The notes under the pieces were generated by a model. The model had not been told where the DNA came from. It worked only from the letters and a program-made list of their open reading frames with translations, and did no database searches. This document shows positions 31,175-31,298 of a stretch of 31,298 nt of DNA, piece by piece. The position numbers and the translations under genes are program-made. The DNA is from a candidate division FCPU426 bacterium (GTDB lineage Bacteria; Oederibacteriota; JAAXVQ01; JAUVAV01), in NCBI GenBank assembly GCA_030637655.1, contig DAOWGI010000026.1, forward strand, positions 1 through 31,298, read 5' to 3'. Every line of letters starts with the position of its first letter. Positions within the stretch are counted from its first letter, which is position 1.

Positions 31175-31251
31175 GCGCTCATAGCTCAATTGGATAGAGC
31201 CCCTGACTACAGATCAGAAGGCTCGGGGTTCGACTCCTCTTGAGCGCACCA
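31175..31251 (+). tRNA. tRNA with tRNA-Arg(ACG) body but ACA anticodon (variant or pseudogene)
   Basis: Acceptor gcgctca/tgagcgc, A73, CCA; D-arm gctc-aattggata-gagc with A20; loop ctACAga (anticodon 31209-31211); C27.A43 and C49.U65 mismatches. Confidence 0.85.
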
Positions 31252-31298
31252 GACTTCGTCCGCCGCGAAGCGACGCAAGAAGACTGCCACGGCGAAGC

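Noticed and set aside
31252..31298. Possible palindromic repeat after the last tRNA (cttcg...cgaag words)
   Set aside because: Cut by the window end and has no second copy here, so it cannot be defined.

Overview
This is the replication-origin region of a bacterial chromosome. Left of the origin (minus strand) lie dnaA-dnaN-gyrA, a degenerate (pseudo) histidine kinase, a YncE-like beta-propeller lipoprotein, a TPR protein and a MoxR AAA+ ATPase. Right of it (plus strand) lie rpmH-rnpA-yidD-yidC-jag-mnmE-rsmG-recF-dciA(DUF721)-remB-gyrB-serS, two tRNA-Ser genes, a metallophosphoesterase and a histidine kinase / single-domain response regulator pair. These are followed on the minus strand by ygfA, fixX, fixC, a cupin and a membrane protein, and finally an odd tRNA. 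The dnaA-dnaN spacer holds a Bacillus-style unwinding module (DnaA-trios plus tandem DnaA boxes), and two parS sites flank rsmG. Points of interest: (1) a tRNA with an Arg(ACG) body but an ACA anticodon behind a near-consensus promoter; (2) four 209-227 bp MITEs sharing GTAAC-nnn-TCAG ends and 8-bp target duplications but carrying three unrelated hairpin interiors; (3) a hairpin repeat whose core is inverted relative to its flanks between two copies; (4) a pseudo-kinase next to gyrA; (5) a rearranged origin gene order; (6) a GyrB with a long basic N-terminal tail. All calls are from reading the sequence by eye; no searches were run.
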